From Hydrolagus colliei (taxonomy: Eukaryota): DNA of 64,000 nt. How positions within the stretch are numbered: the first letter of the stretch is position 1; the number at the start of each line of letters is the position of its first letter. Position numbers and translations under genes: made by a program. Below, one piece after another: positions 1-12,819 of this stretch. The stretch lies in contig CM068755.1 in assembly GCA_035084275.1 (NCBI GenBank), forward strand, positions 11,470,001 to 11,534,000. Direction: 5' to 3'. The notes beneath the pieces are model-generated. The model did not search any database, had not been told where the DNA came from, and saw nothing but the letters and a program-made list of their open reading frames with translations.

Positions 1-2520
1 TGGAAACAAATGAAATTCATCAAGGTGATGTTTACAATTGAAACAAGAGCTAGTGTAAATCTAAGGAATCGGTAGTTTATCAATACCAACTCAGTTTTCA
101 ATAATACTGGATGGTAAAAAGATCCTGTCTTTCCACATGAAGTTACAAACGCTTGCTTCAAGCATCGTGATTAATGGAGCCGTCACTTGTCGACCGCAAA
201 CGGCCTTCAAATTTTTTTTAAATCCCCCGGGTGGTATCGGATTGAATTTCAAATCTGGATTTAGGACAACACTTAATTTGGATTGTATAGAGTCGGGCAA
301 TGATGAAAAAAAAATCATCGTGAAAACGTGCAAAGTAGCTTCACTTTTGAGTCTGACTGAAAGCAAGAGACCAAGGACAATCACAGGCTGAGCTTAGGCT
401 TGAACAAGTATCTAGTTCAACATGATTACACCACATTAGATAATCTGCTATAAACCACTTAAGAGTGGAGTGCCCTTAAGCCAATCTGATAAGATCAAAT
501 CTTTAGATCATTATCGCTGTGGGCAGAAACCTTCCATCAGAAATTTGGTCATGTATTACATTTTTCAGTTGGTAAATACAGTAGTCTCTTATTTGTCAGA
601 AAAATCCTTCCTTTTGTACGCAAATACAGCTCAATACTGTACTGTAATAAAACTAGACGCAACCTAATTTTACAGTCACCAGATTTTAATTTTTTTAATT
701 AAAATTAGCTGGTTAATTACTATCAGAAAGGAACTTTATGAACTTCAGTTTATGAGGCTTATATAGAAGTCTTGTTTGTAATTCCTTTTAAAAAAAATAA
801 TGTTTCAAAAATATAAAGAAAAGGAATCTAAAATAATATAGTGTGTGCATTAGTTTCAAATACCTCACAATGCTGCACATTATAATGAATTATAGCATCT
901 TAAAACACTCTTGTCTCTGGCCTGATCAATTCTGTATGGTATGTTTTCAATCCTTTAGACTGTGATGCCTGGAAAATTATGTACATTACAGTAATGAAAT
1001 GACTCAGACATCAATATTAGCTAACGTGGAGTCCTGATTTATGCTTTCTGCTCTTTATCTCTGCTCAGTTAGCCGGGTAACTGACACATGCGGAAACCCA
1101 TCACCTTGCTTAAGACGATCCAAATCCGACTGCCCTTTATTGGACTGGTCGGGGGAATGTTAGAAAAACACACCTGATTCGGGAGTCCATCACATTGCAT
1201 GTCGAACTGAATGCACACACAAAACTGGTCGAGTGACTGACATGTTAATAAACAACAGCGCCTTGAAAATTCTTTGGCAATCCACTGGACTGAGTGTATC
1301 TCCTTGATTCGCTGCACTACGCAGATTGTTTAAAAAACAAAGAAAGTGCTGTATAAACATGGCATCAATTGGTATCACCGAACAGCTATGTTTTCATTGG
1401 CAAGGTGTCAAGTCAATTTACAATTCTGGGGTGTATCTAAATATTACTGTAAAACCCTTATCATGCTTTTTAATCTTTCTTCCTTAACCTAAGGATATGT
1501 TAAAACTCTGACAGGCCCAAATATTTAGTTAATACTTTCCCAGGGAAGTGTCTACGTTACCATTGGTTGGGTGGAAGCTCGCCGAGTTGTTTGGGTGCCC
1601 GCATGGTCCACTCTGACCTTGTCTGCTGCCTCACGTCTAACTCCCATAGATTTATACAAACCTCAGACGTTGTGAAGTAATAGAAAAATAAACCATGTAA
1701 CGAGTTACCGAAAAGAAAATTCGGAGGGTAATATTTTCATGCTAAGTCACTTTTTTAAAAAAAAAACTCTTAGCCTTTCCTGATCCCTTAACTCACTCAA
1801 CACTCCAGATACTTACAAAGAATTGATACCTTACATTCTGACTGTGAGCGATTTGGTTAACAGGAAAGTTCTTATTTCAACAACTTCAATTTTTTTTTTG
1901 CTATAGACAATTAATGCTTACATTAATGGTCCTCCTTAACCCTTATATCCCCCCACAGTGAGACACAACAATAGCACCTAAAACTTGATCTGCAGAAATG
2001 TTAATACTGTTCTTAAATGTTTTATTTTGATCGAAAAAATGAGGTAGGAAGCTTTTCATCTCTACAACTGATCATTCCTACTGGGAGACAAAGACAAATA
2101 CTGAACCAAGGTAAATGTACAAGATGCAAAAGAATGACATGTGTCAAAGTTGGCTTTTCAGAATCATTGGCCAGCGAATTGATTAATGTTGTATTTGAAT
2201 CTATTTAATTTTCTTCTTGCCCAGAAGAACTTCACGTGCCATGTACGTGCCATCCAGCAGATTATCTCCTCTGCAATGAATGCTCTCAAGATGTCCACAA
2301 GTTCAATATTAATTAGTGGGGAAATATACTCTGGTCATTTAAGCTCAATTGAAGTAAACCCACTTTGATCTTGGTCGAAAAGATATTTCTTCTTTGCTAA
2401 ATGTTTGGCAATTAATGTGATGAATGTGGGCAAGCTTTTCTCCATTTGCAGCATTTTAAGTGAATATCAAGATCTCCATTCCAAGTGAGGAATGTGCCAA
2501 GCGCAAAGGTACCCACATTC

Positions 2521-3088
2521 ACGCTTCCATCACATCCAGGCTTGACTAAGCCTTCCTAATTCCTCCCTCCATAGGCTGCAGATAATTCAGAACTCTGTCC
2601 TCTACCGCTCCAAGCTCTGTGACCCCATCTCTCCCATCTTCGCCCAACTCCATTGGCTCCCCATTACCCAGAGGATTCAATTCAAGATCCTGGTCCTCAC
2701 ATTCAAAGCCCTCCACGGCCTCACCACATCCTACCTCTGCGACCTCGTAACTCCCTATCAACCTACACCCCTCTCCGCTCAGCAGGCTCTGGTCTGCTCC
2801 ATATCCCCTGAGCCACCCGCCCCACCGTCGGCGGGCGAGCCTTGAAACACTCTATCCCTAACCTCTGGAACTCCCTCCCATAGTCCGTCCGCCCTGCCCC
2901 CTCCCTGCCCTCCTTCAAGTCCCGCCTCAACGGTCCTCTTCAACGGTCACCCCAAATCTCCCCCTTCGCCCGCCCACCTTCCCTGTCCCTAACCCCAGCT
3001 CAGGTCTGAAACAATGACTGCCCAGCACCTTGGGACGTTCTCCTAATGTGATGGGCATTATACAAGTATAATTTTATTGTTGTTGTTG
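2521..3088 (+). mobile_element. L2-clade LINE 3' fragment (decayed ORF2 C-terminus and 3' tail)
   Basis: Encodes the LHWLPITQRIQFKILVLTFKALHGL motif typical of the L2 ORF2 C-terminus; ends in gcaccttgggacgttctcctaatgtgatgggc and a (TTG)n tail. Confidence 0.88.
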
Positions 3089-3204
3089 TACACTGTGTCA
3101 ACAACCAAAACCATGAATCTTGACCACAACCTGAGAAAAGCACCTTCTCCTTATGATCTGACAACTGGTGTCAACGGCTACTTAATTAGACGCACAGTTT
3201 GCAT

Positions 3205-3340
3205 TCTGCTGTAGCTGTGCATTCTGCTCACAAAATATACAGTCAATTCACTTTACAATATATTCTGTCAGGCGCTTTGAGACGTATCAAATAAGTGGTA
3301 AGGCGCTATATCAAATACAAGACTTATTATTCATTATTAT
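3205..3340 (+). mobile_element. SINE 3' tail fragment
   Basis: cacaaaatatacagtcaattcactttacaatatattctgt...gcgctttgagacgt...gcgctatatcaaat...(TTA)n, shared with many copies in the window. Confidence 0.8.
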
Positions 3341-3930
3341 TTTTTATGAACTGGGTTGAAATTTACTGGATTCAATCTCTAAAGATTATGCGGGGTGGGG
3401 TGGGGGGGGGGGGCAGGAGCGGAAATCAGAACTATCAGAACAGAAAGACCATTCATAGAGATGACAATGATAATGAATCCAATTTCTCAAAGAAAGTGAG
3501 GCAGCCAGTCAAGCCGATGTTTTTCATCAAGACCACTAGAGGGTACACTAGCACCTTGAAGCGCTTCACTCTGGAGATGTTACCTAGTTTGCACTCTGGG
3601 CTCCTGTGAAGTGAGGGATGGATGGATCGAGACTACTAAGAGATAAGTGCCTCGCAATAATTGTATTTACCCAACTTTATAAGCAGATAAATAGCTGTTT
3701 AGATTGAATAAATTCTGAAATGGGGGCTGAGCTTTTCAAATTCTAGGCTTCCCTGTTGAATCTATTTGATCGTGGGAAATCCTAGTTTAATAGTGCTAGT
3801 GAACCGTTGGAAATAGGTAAAGGAAAGGGTACTTAGTTACCTAGGGTACCATTTTGAGTTGAGCAACGCTAAGCTTTTCAAAAGCTTTTTAAGAAAACTG
3901 TAAAGATATAACACATAACATATATCAAGC

Positions 3931-4285
3931 TCTAACGTGGTTCGATCACTCGCATCGCAAGCAAATGACCTGGGTTCTATTCCTGGCAGGGCGCAAAGTT
4001 GAGCAAGTTTCCTTACTCCACACGCCTCTGTTTATCTAGCAGTAAGTAGGAACCTGATTGATATCAACTGGCAGATTGTTTATCCGGGGATAATAATCCT
4101 TAAAAAAAAAGTGGGTCACACAATCCACGACTGTTTGTGGGGCACTGCTGTGTGCAATTGGTTGCCCTGTTTTGCCCATAAATATACAGTCAATTCACAG
4201 TATATTCTGTGAAGCACTTTGAAACCTCTAGAAAACATGAAAAACGCTATATTAAATTGCGATCATTGCAATTATTATTATATTA
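3931..4285 (+). mobile_element. tRNA-headed SINE, longer variant, with CORE-like centre and L2-type tail
   Basis: Decayed tRNA head (gggttctattcc B box), gcaagtttccttactccacacgcctctgttt...ggggataataatcc centre, common tail. Confidence 0.85.
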
Positions 4286-5280
4286 TATCATATCTACAAC
4301 AGCAACAACCACAAAATTACAGTGACAACAGAATTCAATCACTCCTTCTCATTGAATATAGATGCTGTACTTTGCTACATGCATTTCTGTAGATGCTACC
4401 CTGTGTGAAGGCACTATAATGTAAGTTCTTGTTATGCTGATAACTGGTCATGGGAATCAGATTAAAATAAACACTATTTGAAGTCTCCCAAACAACATAC
4501 TGTACCCTGAATGTTATAAAAGAAGGCCTGACTGTGAAACTGGCAATTTCATTAATGTTTTTCGGAGTAGTTCAAAATCCACATTTCAGTTTGTCTTTTG
4601 CGAGTCGGAAAACGGTTGCTGAAGAAGTTTTTTTCTTTGCCAGGAAATGAATTTGCACTGCAGCAGGCGATGTGAATCAATTTGGCCTTCGTTCAACTGC
4701 CCTAACAATTCTACAGAACAACGTTTAATGTTATTAAAGAGCTGGCCACACAACCAACTCTTTATCAACACTAAAAACGAACCCATTAGCAGAACTCGAC
4801 CATTCATTCCATTTTGGCCTGCGTTGGTGCTAACTCCCCCACAGAAATTATCTACAATACTCGAATCTCCTTCCCCTGCTCTTCCTTCTTAACTTAAATA
4901 ATATTTTCTTCCATCAGTTAATCCTACGAAATGCTATCACCAAACTTTACAGCATGAAGTGCTTTGAAACGTTCTCCCAATACAAAAGGTGCTGTATCAA
5001 TGCCAAGATTATTGTGAATAATAATCCTATTATGAATTTAGCTTTGGTTAACATTTGCTATAAGGTATCCCATATTCCTGACAATCCTCTGGGCAAAAAC
5101 AATTTTTCTTGTTCCATTTAGTTTCTTCTGGTGGTAATCCTCATTTTCTATCCTCTCATCAATGACTCATTAATCAATGGAAGTCACTATCTATGTTAAA
5201 TGACTGTTTCCACTTCCACTGTTTCCACCACTGAATCCAAAACGTTACAGCATCAATATGGTGACCACCAGCAGATCTAA

Positions 5281-5530
5281 AAAGGGAGTTTACACAGTGA
5301 ATGATGATGTGCAACTCGCTTTCGGAAGTTGTGGTTGAAACAGCAAAAAAAAACGATCAATGTACTTAAGAGGAAACTTGATGCACACATGAGGGAGATG
5401 AAAAGAAAGGTATGAGAGAGGAGATTCGGAGGGGGTGAGGCTCACGTGGAATATAAACACTGGCACGGACTAGCTGCACTAAATAGAACATTACAGCATG
5501 GAAACAGGCTATGTAATTCTGTCTGTTTCT
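5281..5530 (+). mobile_element. CR1-clade LINE 3' end, decayed
   Basis: gtggttgaaacag...aagaggaaacttgatgcacacatgaggga...ggctcacgtggaatataaacactggcacggac resembles chondrichthyan CR1 3' ends as recalled. Confidence 0.65.
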
Positions 5531-6440
5531 TCTATCAAAACCATTTACAATTTTTTTTGTAAGACCAAGGCAAAGCGAAGACGGAGCACACACAATTTGA
5601 TATCATTTTCAAATCTAATATCCTTCAACACTTTATACATTTCTCTATGTTTTGATTATATTACAATACAATCTCAGCTAATCTGCCCGACTGTTCTTCA
5701 AATATTATTAGAATTCTCCGGAGGTGAACATAATTCCAATGGTGTGGAAACAGTGGCACAAGAACACAGTGGGAATGAGGAATATTAGAAGCTGTTTTGT
5801 ATTGGTACTTGTGATTCAGCTGAAAGTTAATATACCCAGCAGCCCATCACAATGACCTAATGCAATTATATATGGTGAATTGCTTCATGCTGCTTAAATC
5901 TCCAGTTTAGTGACTAAAATAGCCAAGGGCACAGTAGATGACGCCTAACGTTATCTTCAGAGCAACAGGCAAGGCTGCATTTACTACTGACCCTGATTCT
6001 AAAACCATAGGCCCACAGATCAACTGAGAGTTAATATGTGATTAATACATGGCATCATTTGGTTGTGGGACATTGCTGGCACAGATTAGCCTATATGAAA
6101 CAGTCACCATACTTCAAAATATATCAAATTTCGGGAACGCATTGTGATCTTTCAATGTGACAAGGTTGTATGTTGAGATTCAAGCATTATTACCCAATTA
6201 ACTCAACACAAAGCATTTTTAATGCAGCCCTAAAAGATTTATTGAATGGCGGCAGAATTTTTTTAAAAAGGCGTGAATTTTGTGGATTATAAAACTCAGA
6301 GGGTGTAATACAGTGCTGATTACTTTTTGTGACATGCTTAGCATACCTCAATTTGAGAGAATGTGAGAAGGCATCAGAGAAGGCAAGAAAATGAAAGTCC
6401 ATTGTTTGTCCCACAGTTATTTTATCTCTTTAAGATAAAA

Positions 6441-6860
6441 TAATAATCCTTGCATTTGATATAGAACCTTATCATGACATCAATGCATGTTAAGGGGCTT
6501 CACAAAATTTACGGTAAAGTGCAGTGACTGAATTTGGAGGCAAATGTGGCAGCCAATTTGTGCAGAGCAATGTCTCCAAACAGCTATGAGGGAAATGATC
6601 CATTTCATTTGGGAGATTGTTAGCGAAATTCCTTTCTTTTTTTTGGAAAACTGCTATGGGATTTTTAACATGCATCTGAACGGGCAGACAGGCGGGACCT
6701 CGGATTTTCATCTCATCCAAAGAAAGGTATTTCTGATAATGCAGTGTTCTCCCAGTACTAGAGTATTCATAAGCTTCGACTATGCGTTTTAAAGTTCTGA
6801 CGTGGGGCTTGAACCTATCACCTTCTGATTGAGAGGCGAGTGCTACCATCTAAACCAAGC
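6441..6860 (-). mobile_element. Deu-domain SINE (SacSINE1/AmnSINE1-like), near full length
   Basis: Plus strand shows gggatttttaacatgcatctgaacgggcagacaggcgggacctcggattttcatctcatcc (reverse Deu domain), then ggggcttgaacctatcaccttctgattgagaggcgagtgctacc (reverse tRNA head); the common tail starts at 6441. Confidence 0.8.
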
Positions 6861-8040
6861 CTCTATTGTTAAAAAAAACAGAACAGTTGCTGCAATGAAA
6901 CAATATCTGAGGATGGAAGTGGATGGGAGCAACATGAAAAATAACAAATGTGGAATAAAATAGCATTTTTTTTACATTAAAACAGATATAATTATAAAGT
7001 AAGGTAACATAATACCAGTCTCCTAAATTTTCCAGAACATTTATAGGTGCTACGTTTTATAAAATATTTTTTTTAAAATAAGAGAGAATGGACTCCAATA
7101 AATGTCCAAAGGGGAAAATGTTATGCAGGTATGTTGAGAGCCTATGAGATATCAAATGTTGGACTGAGTTTGTGTACAGGACGTTTTGTAACTGGATTTA
7201 GCAATACATACATGATGCATAATAATAATAATATGTCAAATGTAACTTAAGACAAACAGCTGACTCTAGTTGAATTAGAATGCAATATCTTTAGAATGGA
7301 TCCTGCCTTGCATTCTACATCAAATGTTAAGATCATTTGTTTGCCTACAAATGGAATCACTACATTTCAAGGTAAAACATCCCGTGAAATGCTTTAAGAT
7401 ATTTCAATGGTGTTATAGGTGCTCTTTCAAAGATAAGGATTATTTTATTGTTACGCTGATTATTATTATGTGCTCAGTGCACACAAATGGCTTCACATCT
7501 CTTATTCTAATTTTTAAAATAGTCCTGTTCAAAAACTGATCCACAAATATGTCTTTTTCACAGTGTATCCAGTTCTATGTGTTCTTGGACACAGTTTAAT
7601 GCTGAAAAAGAACAGCGGAAAATTCAGTGCATTCTCTAAAAGCTCTGTTGTGTGTAGGCCAGGTGGCACTACAGAATGGAAAACCTGACAGATTCACAGA
7701 TACATGTAAAAGGGATGAACGGAATATTGAATTAGCGACTTCATCTAAATGCACAATAAAATACGGAAGCGGGTATTGTACTTTTAGGATTCTTACTCAA
7801 GGCTGTGGATGGAGGGCTACAATTGAATTTTTTTTCAAGGTTACACAAATCATTTCCTGGAATAACTTTTTAATATATATATCTACGATAATTTTTAAAT
7901 GTTCAATTTTAGACAATGTGGTTTCCATTAGCAAATGTCTTGTGTGCAGTCTCATAAAAACTGTTCTAATAATGACCTCTGACTCATTCTCTGACAGCGC
8001 TGCCATGCATACTTGGATTCTACTGTGAAAAGGCATTGAT

Positions 8041-8420
8041 ACTCATAGGAATGTTCAAGACCGGAAAAGACAAAATACCAGATCATTTCTATCACTTGCA
8101 CCCCTCAATCACTTCTTTCAACAAAACTCTATCCAGCTCCCTCATGAATGACTGTCCGCCAGGACAGTTCATTCCATATGTAACAACCTCTGTGCAAAAT
8201 AGTCAAATCCAAAGCTGTTTCTTTACTTCTGGAGCTTGTGCCATTCCCTCTGCGTTGTAAATTTTTGTGGTTTCACGCCAAAATATTATTTGGGCTTGGT
8301 GTATCTACATCCCTCAGTCTCTCGAAAGATTCATCAAGATCTTCCCCAAGTGTTCCGCTCTCCAATGTAAACATTACCAGTTTCTGCTGCCTTTCTCATA
8401 TCTTGGTGTCTGATCTGAAT
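8041..8420 (-). mobile_element. CR1-like LINE 3' fragment, decayed
   Basis: tatccagctccctcatgaatgact...acagttcattccatatgtaacaacctctgtgcaaaa is the reverse of a typical CR1 3' region. Confidence 0.55.
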
Positions 8421-8701
8421 AAATAGTTGAATTACCATCTATTGTACACTTTCTCAATTGCAGTACGTCCCTATTCCAGATGTACAGTGATCAGAATTTG
8501 TACACAGTTTCTCTATGTGCACTGGACAACAACAACGTCGATTTATATAGCGCCTTCCACACCGGACGGCATCTCAGAGCGCTTCAAGTTGCTCTCTAAA
8601 GTTGTACAAAATGAGTACAAAGGTTTATCTGAATTCTTTGATATGCTCTTAACTGAGGTTAAACATTTTGTAAAAAAAATTAATATGGGTCATTTTCATA
8701 C

Positions 8702-9818
8702 CTTTTACAAAGCATGACGGGTAAACCATCTTTGGTCCAAGCGATCTGTTGCTCGGGAGATCTAGCAGCTTGACACAGTAAAGTCACCCGTTCAGTATGG
8801 TTTGTCAGGAATGCCAGTGTGCCAATTGTTACGTTGATATTTTTCTCCAGAAATACATGGGTAAGTTTATTCCGCAAAATTGTGGGAAGCTTTTCTTTCC
8901 CTGTCTGGCGATTTACATCTTTATTGCTGAATGTTTCAGAGATGTTCGGGGTTTTATCTAAGAATTTTGCTTTTGATGCATTCTCTTCAAGAGGCATTTT
9001 CCACTTTTCTACTGTTGGTTCCGGTCTCGAGGCTTCGGCTGCTAAATGATACATGAGCAGCGAGGCATAATCTTCCGGTAATTCGCCAGACTCGATCCAC
9101 AGACTCACGTTGCGTAAAAGTTCTTCAAACTGATCAGCGTCCATACTGAAGGCTCCCTGGAAAATGGCAGCTTTGAGTTGCTTATTGTAAAGCTCTCGAG
9201 AATCGTACAGATCTGCAGAGTTCGGCTTTCCTTTTGAAACCAAATGATTTCCAAGAAGGCGGAGGAAAACACGGTCAGAGGCCCGGCTGTCGTCCAGGTA
9301 AAATTCATTCTTTTCGCTCCAGTTGTGCCACATTTTGCCCAGTTGAGTCCATTTGTCTTCCAATCTGTTGGACCCATTGTGGCCGGTTTTCTCTGATCCC
9401 AAATCTTGTCCCGTTTTTGGTTTGGCAGGCACAGGTGATTCAATTAATCTGTTATCATTGCCAATCAGCTTGAGGACAAACGTATCACTGGCTGGTCCAG
9501 CAATGCAGCTGTATATTCCAATATCCTCATCTTTTAGGTGATGAATTTTCAGTGAACCTGATTTGGTGACACCAATTCGTTTGGTATTTTGCAGCTCTTG
9601 GCCGTCTTTTGTCCACCTGATCAGGGATTTCTGAAATCGTCTTATGGGGCATTTAATCACAACAGAGGTTTTTGGAAGCAGATATGCCCGACCACCGATG
9701 GTGAAATGTATCCGTTTTTCCTGCCTGGTTTGAATGTACACTCGGTGGAGACCAAGGATCTGAGGGTCCCGGGTATTCTGCTTGCGGGAAGCCTTTGTTT
9801 TGAGGGTCTTCCTGAGCT
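8702..9818 (-). CDS. adamtsl3: ADAMTSL3 large coding exon (1117 nt): Ig-like domain, long linker, start of second Ig-like domain
   Basis: (K)LRKTLK...PQILGLHRVYIQTRQEKRIHFTIGGRAYLLPKTSVVIKCPIRRFQKSLIRWTKDG...GIYSCIAG...VLKLIG...LLCQAA...IAWTKDG; the RVYIQTRxEKRI and FSMDxxQFxELxRN segments resemble ADAMTSL3 more than ADAMTSL1 as I recall them; acceptor tttctag, donor AG|gtatga. Confidence 0.95.
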
Positions 9819-10477
9819 CTAGAAAATGCACAAGTAAAACATGAACAAAATGCTTTGGGACAGGTTCTACTAAAACTGGGTACAGTACTTGGAAAATACT
9901 TGGAAGCAGTACTATTTATTCTACGCAGCAAACATATTTCTAAAGCAGAGTAGCCTACTTTCAGGAGCAATAGTAACAAAGCCTGAAGGTTACTCAGTTT
10001 GTAAGAGGTTATGTTCCCACCATCCTTCCTGCTGTGTTGTGAACAGCAAGACATCTTTTTCTACCAACTCTCTTTCCCAAAGACTAATTCAACTTGCTTG
10101 CCAATGACTAAGCCAGTGGCACACAGGATGCATTTGATATATTGGGCTTGATTTGAAACAGTGCTCTCACGCACAGCCTAGAAAGGGGCTTTAAGAATGG
10201 GTTTGAATGTACATGGTGAAGTTACCCGCTGACAACTTTAGAACACAGAACAAACAGGGTGGTTAAAAACATGAAAGAAATGCATTTTAAAAAGGTTTGA
10301 GCTTCCACCTGGAATTGCCCCCTGCCAATGGCTTTATGTTGTCCTGATCGGGAAAAGCCCCACTTAGAAATTCCCTGCCACTGGCTCTTGGATGGGAGTG
10401 GAAAAATTCAAAGTTCCTGCAAATGTTTATCTAGGGTAAAACTACTATATTGTCAGCTTGCCAATGACAAACTATAG

Positions 10478-10630
10478 AACATTGTTGAGGGAGTGTAGCA
10501 GGAGCTCTACCCTGGATATAACCCATGTCAAACCTGACTGGGAAATGCTTGGGGTGGACCTGGAATGAGTAAAGAGAAAAATATCTATTTCTGAACGTTG
10601 ACATGCTTCAATCTTGATCAGTGTATTTTT
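10478..10630 (+). mobile_element. Ancient SINE fragment (3' part of an LF-SINE-like family)
   Basis: acattgttgagggagtgtagcaggagctctaccctggatataacccatgtcaaacctgactgggaaatgcttg resembles the 3' half of LF-SINE-like repeats as recalled. Confidence 0.5.
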
Positions 10631-11149
10631 CTTTAAGGTTGAAATACATCAACTATACGTGTCTGGAGTCTATGCGTAGTGTGTTGCTCATGTTTTTTTC
10701 ATAATGCAAGCAATAGGTCTTGAAATCTGCTGGATCTGCTTCAAAAGTTGGAGCCTGCAGACGTTTGGCAAACAAGGACTGGGAATTTTCCAGGAAAATA
10801 ATTGTCAACCAACAAAAATCTGTTTTACTTAATTAAAAGAACATTTCATACATGTGAATGTTTTAACATCTGCATATGATTCTTAAATTGAACAAATGGG
10901 GGTTGCGGGGGGGGGGTGAAATATTTTAAACTGTTAACTGCAGAACCAACACAGGCTATGAAACTTTACATTTTTTTAACAATATCTACAACTTCTATGT
11001 ACGGTAACGTCTCAGAACACTTCACAAAGACCTGGTTGGACACTAACCAAGGAAGATGATGATAGCGATAGGTGGAGGTAACCAGCAGGGAGAAAGCTTG
11101 GGCAAGTTTCCTTATTCCATAGGCCTGATAATAATCCTATAATCCTATG

Positions 11150-11459
11150 ATAATAAACCTATAATTCTTGCATTTGGTATAGTGCTTTTCACATCTTCTA
11201 GATGTCTCAAAGAGCTTCACAGAATGTACTGTAAAGTGAATTGACTGTATATTTGTGGGCGAAACGTGGCAGTCAATTGTGCACAGCAGTGTCCCACAAA
11301 AACTAGTGGAATGAAATGACCAATTTATTATTAATCTTTTTGAAGGTTTATTATCAGGCATGTGGAATAGGGAAATTGCCCAAAGTTTTGCCCAGCCTGG
11401 AAACGAACCCAGGCCTCTCGCTTGTAAGGCGAGTACTCTAACCACAGAACTACAGGACT
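11150..11459 (-). mobile_element. tRNA-headed SINE, full length, shorter variant
   Basis: Reverse strand reads gtcctgtagttctgtggttagagtactcgccttacaagcgagaggcctgggttcgtttcc (A and B boxes), then the gggcaatttccctattccacatgcc centre and the common tail. Confidence 0.9.
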
Positions 11460-11654
11460 CCACAATCTTTTCAGCTAGATGATCTTGTTGTAAGATCACT
11501 GTATTCTCAAATGTCAGGCAAATAAATTGAATGAAAAGCTAGAAAATTAGCATGTTTATTTTGAAATGAATAATTTTGACTGTGGAGAAACCGTGTGAAC
11601 GGATATCTCAATTTCTCAATTCTCAAAATCTCTCAAGAAAAAAACCCCGCAATA

Positions 11655-11830
11655 ATAAGTTGGTCACTTCAATCCATGACTGTTTGTAGGGTGCTGCTGT
11701 GTGCAATTATTTGCCATGATTTGCACACAAGTACACATTCAATCCTCTTTACGGTACATTTTGTGAAGCACTTTGAAACGTCTAGAAAACGTGAAATGCA
11801 CCATATCAAATATAAGGATTATTTTTATTA
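11655..11830 (+). mobile_element. SINE body and tail (5'-truncated)
   Basis: ggtcacttcaatccatgactgtttgt...gtgaagcactttgaaacgtctagaaaacgtgaaatgcaccatatcaaatataaggatt. Confidence 0.85.
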
Positions 11831-11859
11831 AAAAGTTTAGGGGCACAGTAGATGAAGGC

Positions 11860-12125
11860 ACAGCCACCAAAATTGATGCAGTGGGGCCGGGAGGCATGTA
11901 GCATGCCTGCGTTCACTTAGCAGACAGGGCAATCAGAGTAGTGGGGTTGAAACAGCTTGGAGAGAGGGAGGTGCTCCAGAGTGAAGGGATTTATAGGTGA
12001 GAGTGCGGACCTCGATGTTGATACGTTTGGAGATAGGGAGGACAGAGGTGTGAGTTTGGGAATATCCGGAGAGTAAGAAACTTCAGTGGGAACCAGGCTG
12101 TCATTATCCTCACAGCACTTGAATC
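11860..12125 (-). mobile_element. Decayed L2-like fragment
   Basis: Purine-rich plus strand with agggatttataggtgagagtgcggacctcgatgttgatacgtttgg, resembling the reverse of the L2 QRIxFK...YK region. Confidence 0.45.
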
Positions 12126-12251
12126 TTACTGTGAACGTATTGGTAAAGACAATTTTTTTTTGTCGGGTTTTTGTAATGCTTAGTTTCCTACAAACCAACA
12201 GAGCTGGTTATTTTGATATGGACTGCTTGGAACTTATTACGAGTCACTTAC

Positions 12252-12405
12252 TTTTACAGACAGACAAGTTACAAGTTTTAAACAGCGACGGGATGGGGAA
12301 TCCAGTGCACATCGATTGGTTTATTGTGATCTGCTGACTGTTAGCTGTGAGCTTATGGCAGATCCACTCTCTTCTCTGAATCCCTTCTCCACAGCTTACA
12401 GAACA
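12252..12405 (-). CDS. adamtsl3: ADAMTSL3 coding exon (154 nt): TSR
   Basis: CSVSCGEGIQRREWICHKLTANSQQITINQSMCTGFPIPSLFKTCNLSVCK; acceptor ttccag, donor gtaagt. Confidence 0.95.
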
Positions 12406-12819
12406 CTGGAAATGAGAGATAATGAAAACAGAATATAAAACCACCTTGTCTATTAAACCTTCAATCATTTCAGTGTGAATTGGCAACAATCTCCAGCGAG
12501 GACTGTACTTATATTACAGGCAGCTTCAATTTAATTAAGTTAACATCAGATAAGATGCTAAAACAGAGACCGTGCTGATGATTTTATTGCTAAAACAAAA
12601 CAAGAAAACCTTTTAGCAAACTGGTAAATGTTCATACCATCCTTGCAGCATTAGTTGTAAAATCGCTAAAGTAAATTTTAACATGGAATCAATGCCACTG
12701 TTTAGTGTTGAAAGAGAGTTAGGGTTAGCCAATTCACATAGCAGTACTGTAAAATATACATTTGACACACTCTTCATGGTGAGATAACTGTGTAAATGAT
12801 ACCCATGTTCTGTATTTAC

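Noticed and set aside
1561-1680. GC-richer patch ending at a minus-strand gtaacg donor as the next ADAMTSL3 exon
   Set aside because: No frame resembles the expected Ig-domain continuation and there is no convincing acceptor.
7655-7672. CTCF-like site gccaggtggcact (a second candidate near 17961-17979)
   Set aside because: Both have mismatches at core positions; not distinguishable from chance without a PWM scan or ChIP data.
8680-9831. 383-aa ORF as a single-exon Ig-domain gene
   Set aside because: It is the large internal ADAMTSL3 exon; the ATG lies in the intron just before the acceptor, and the phase matches the preceding exon.
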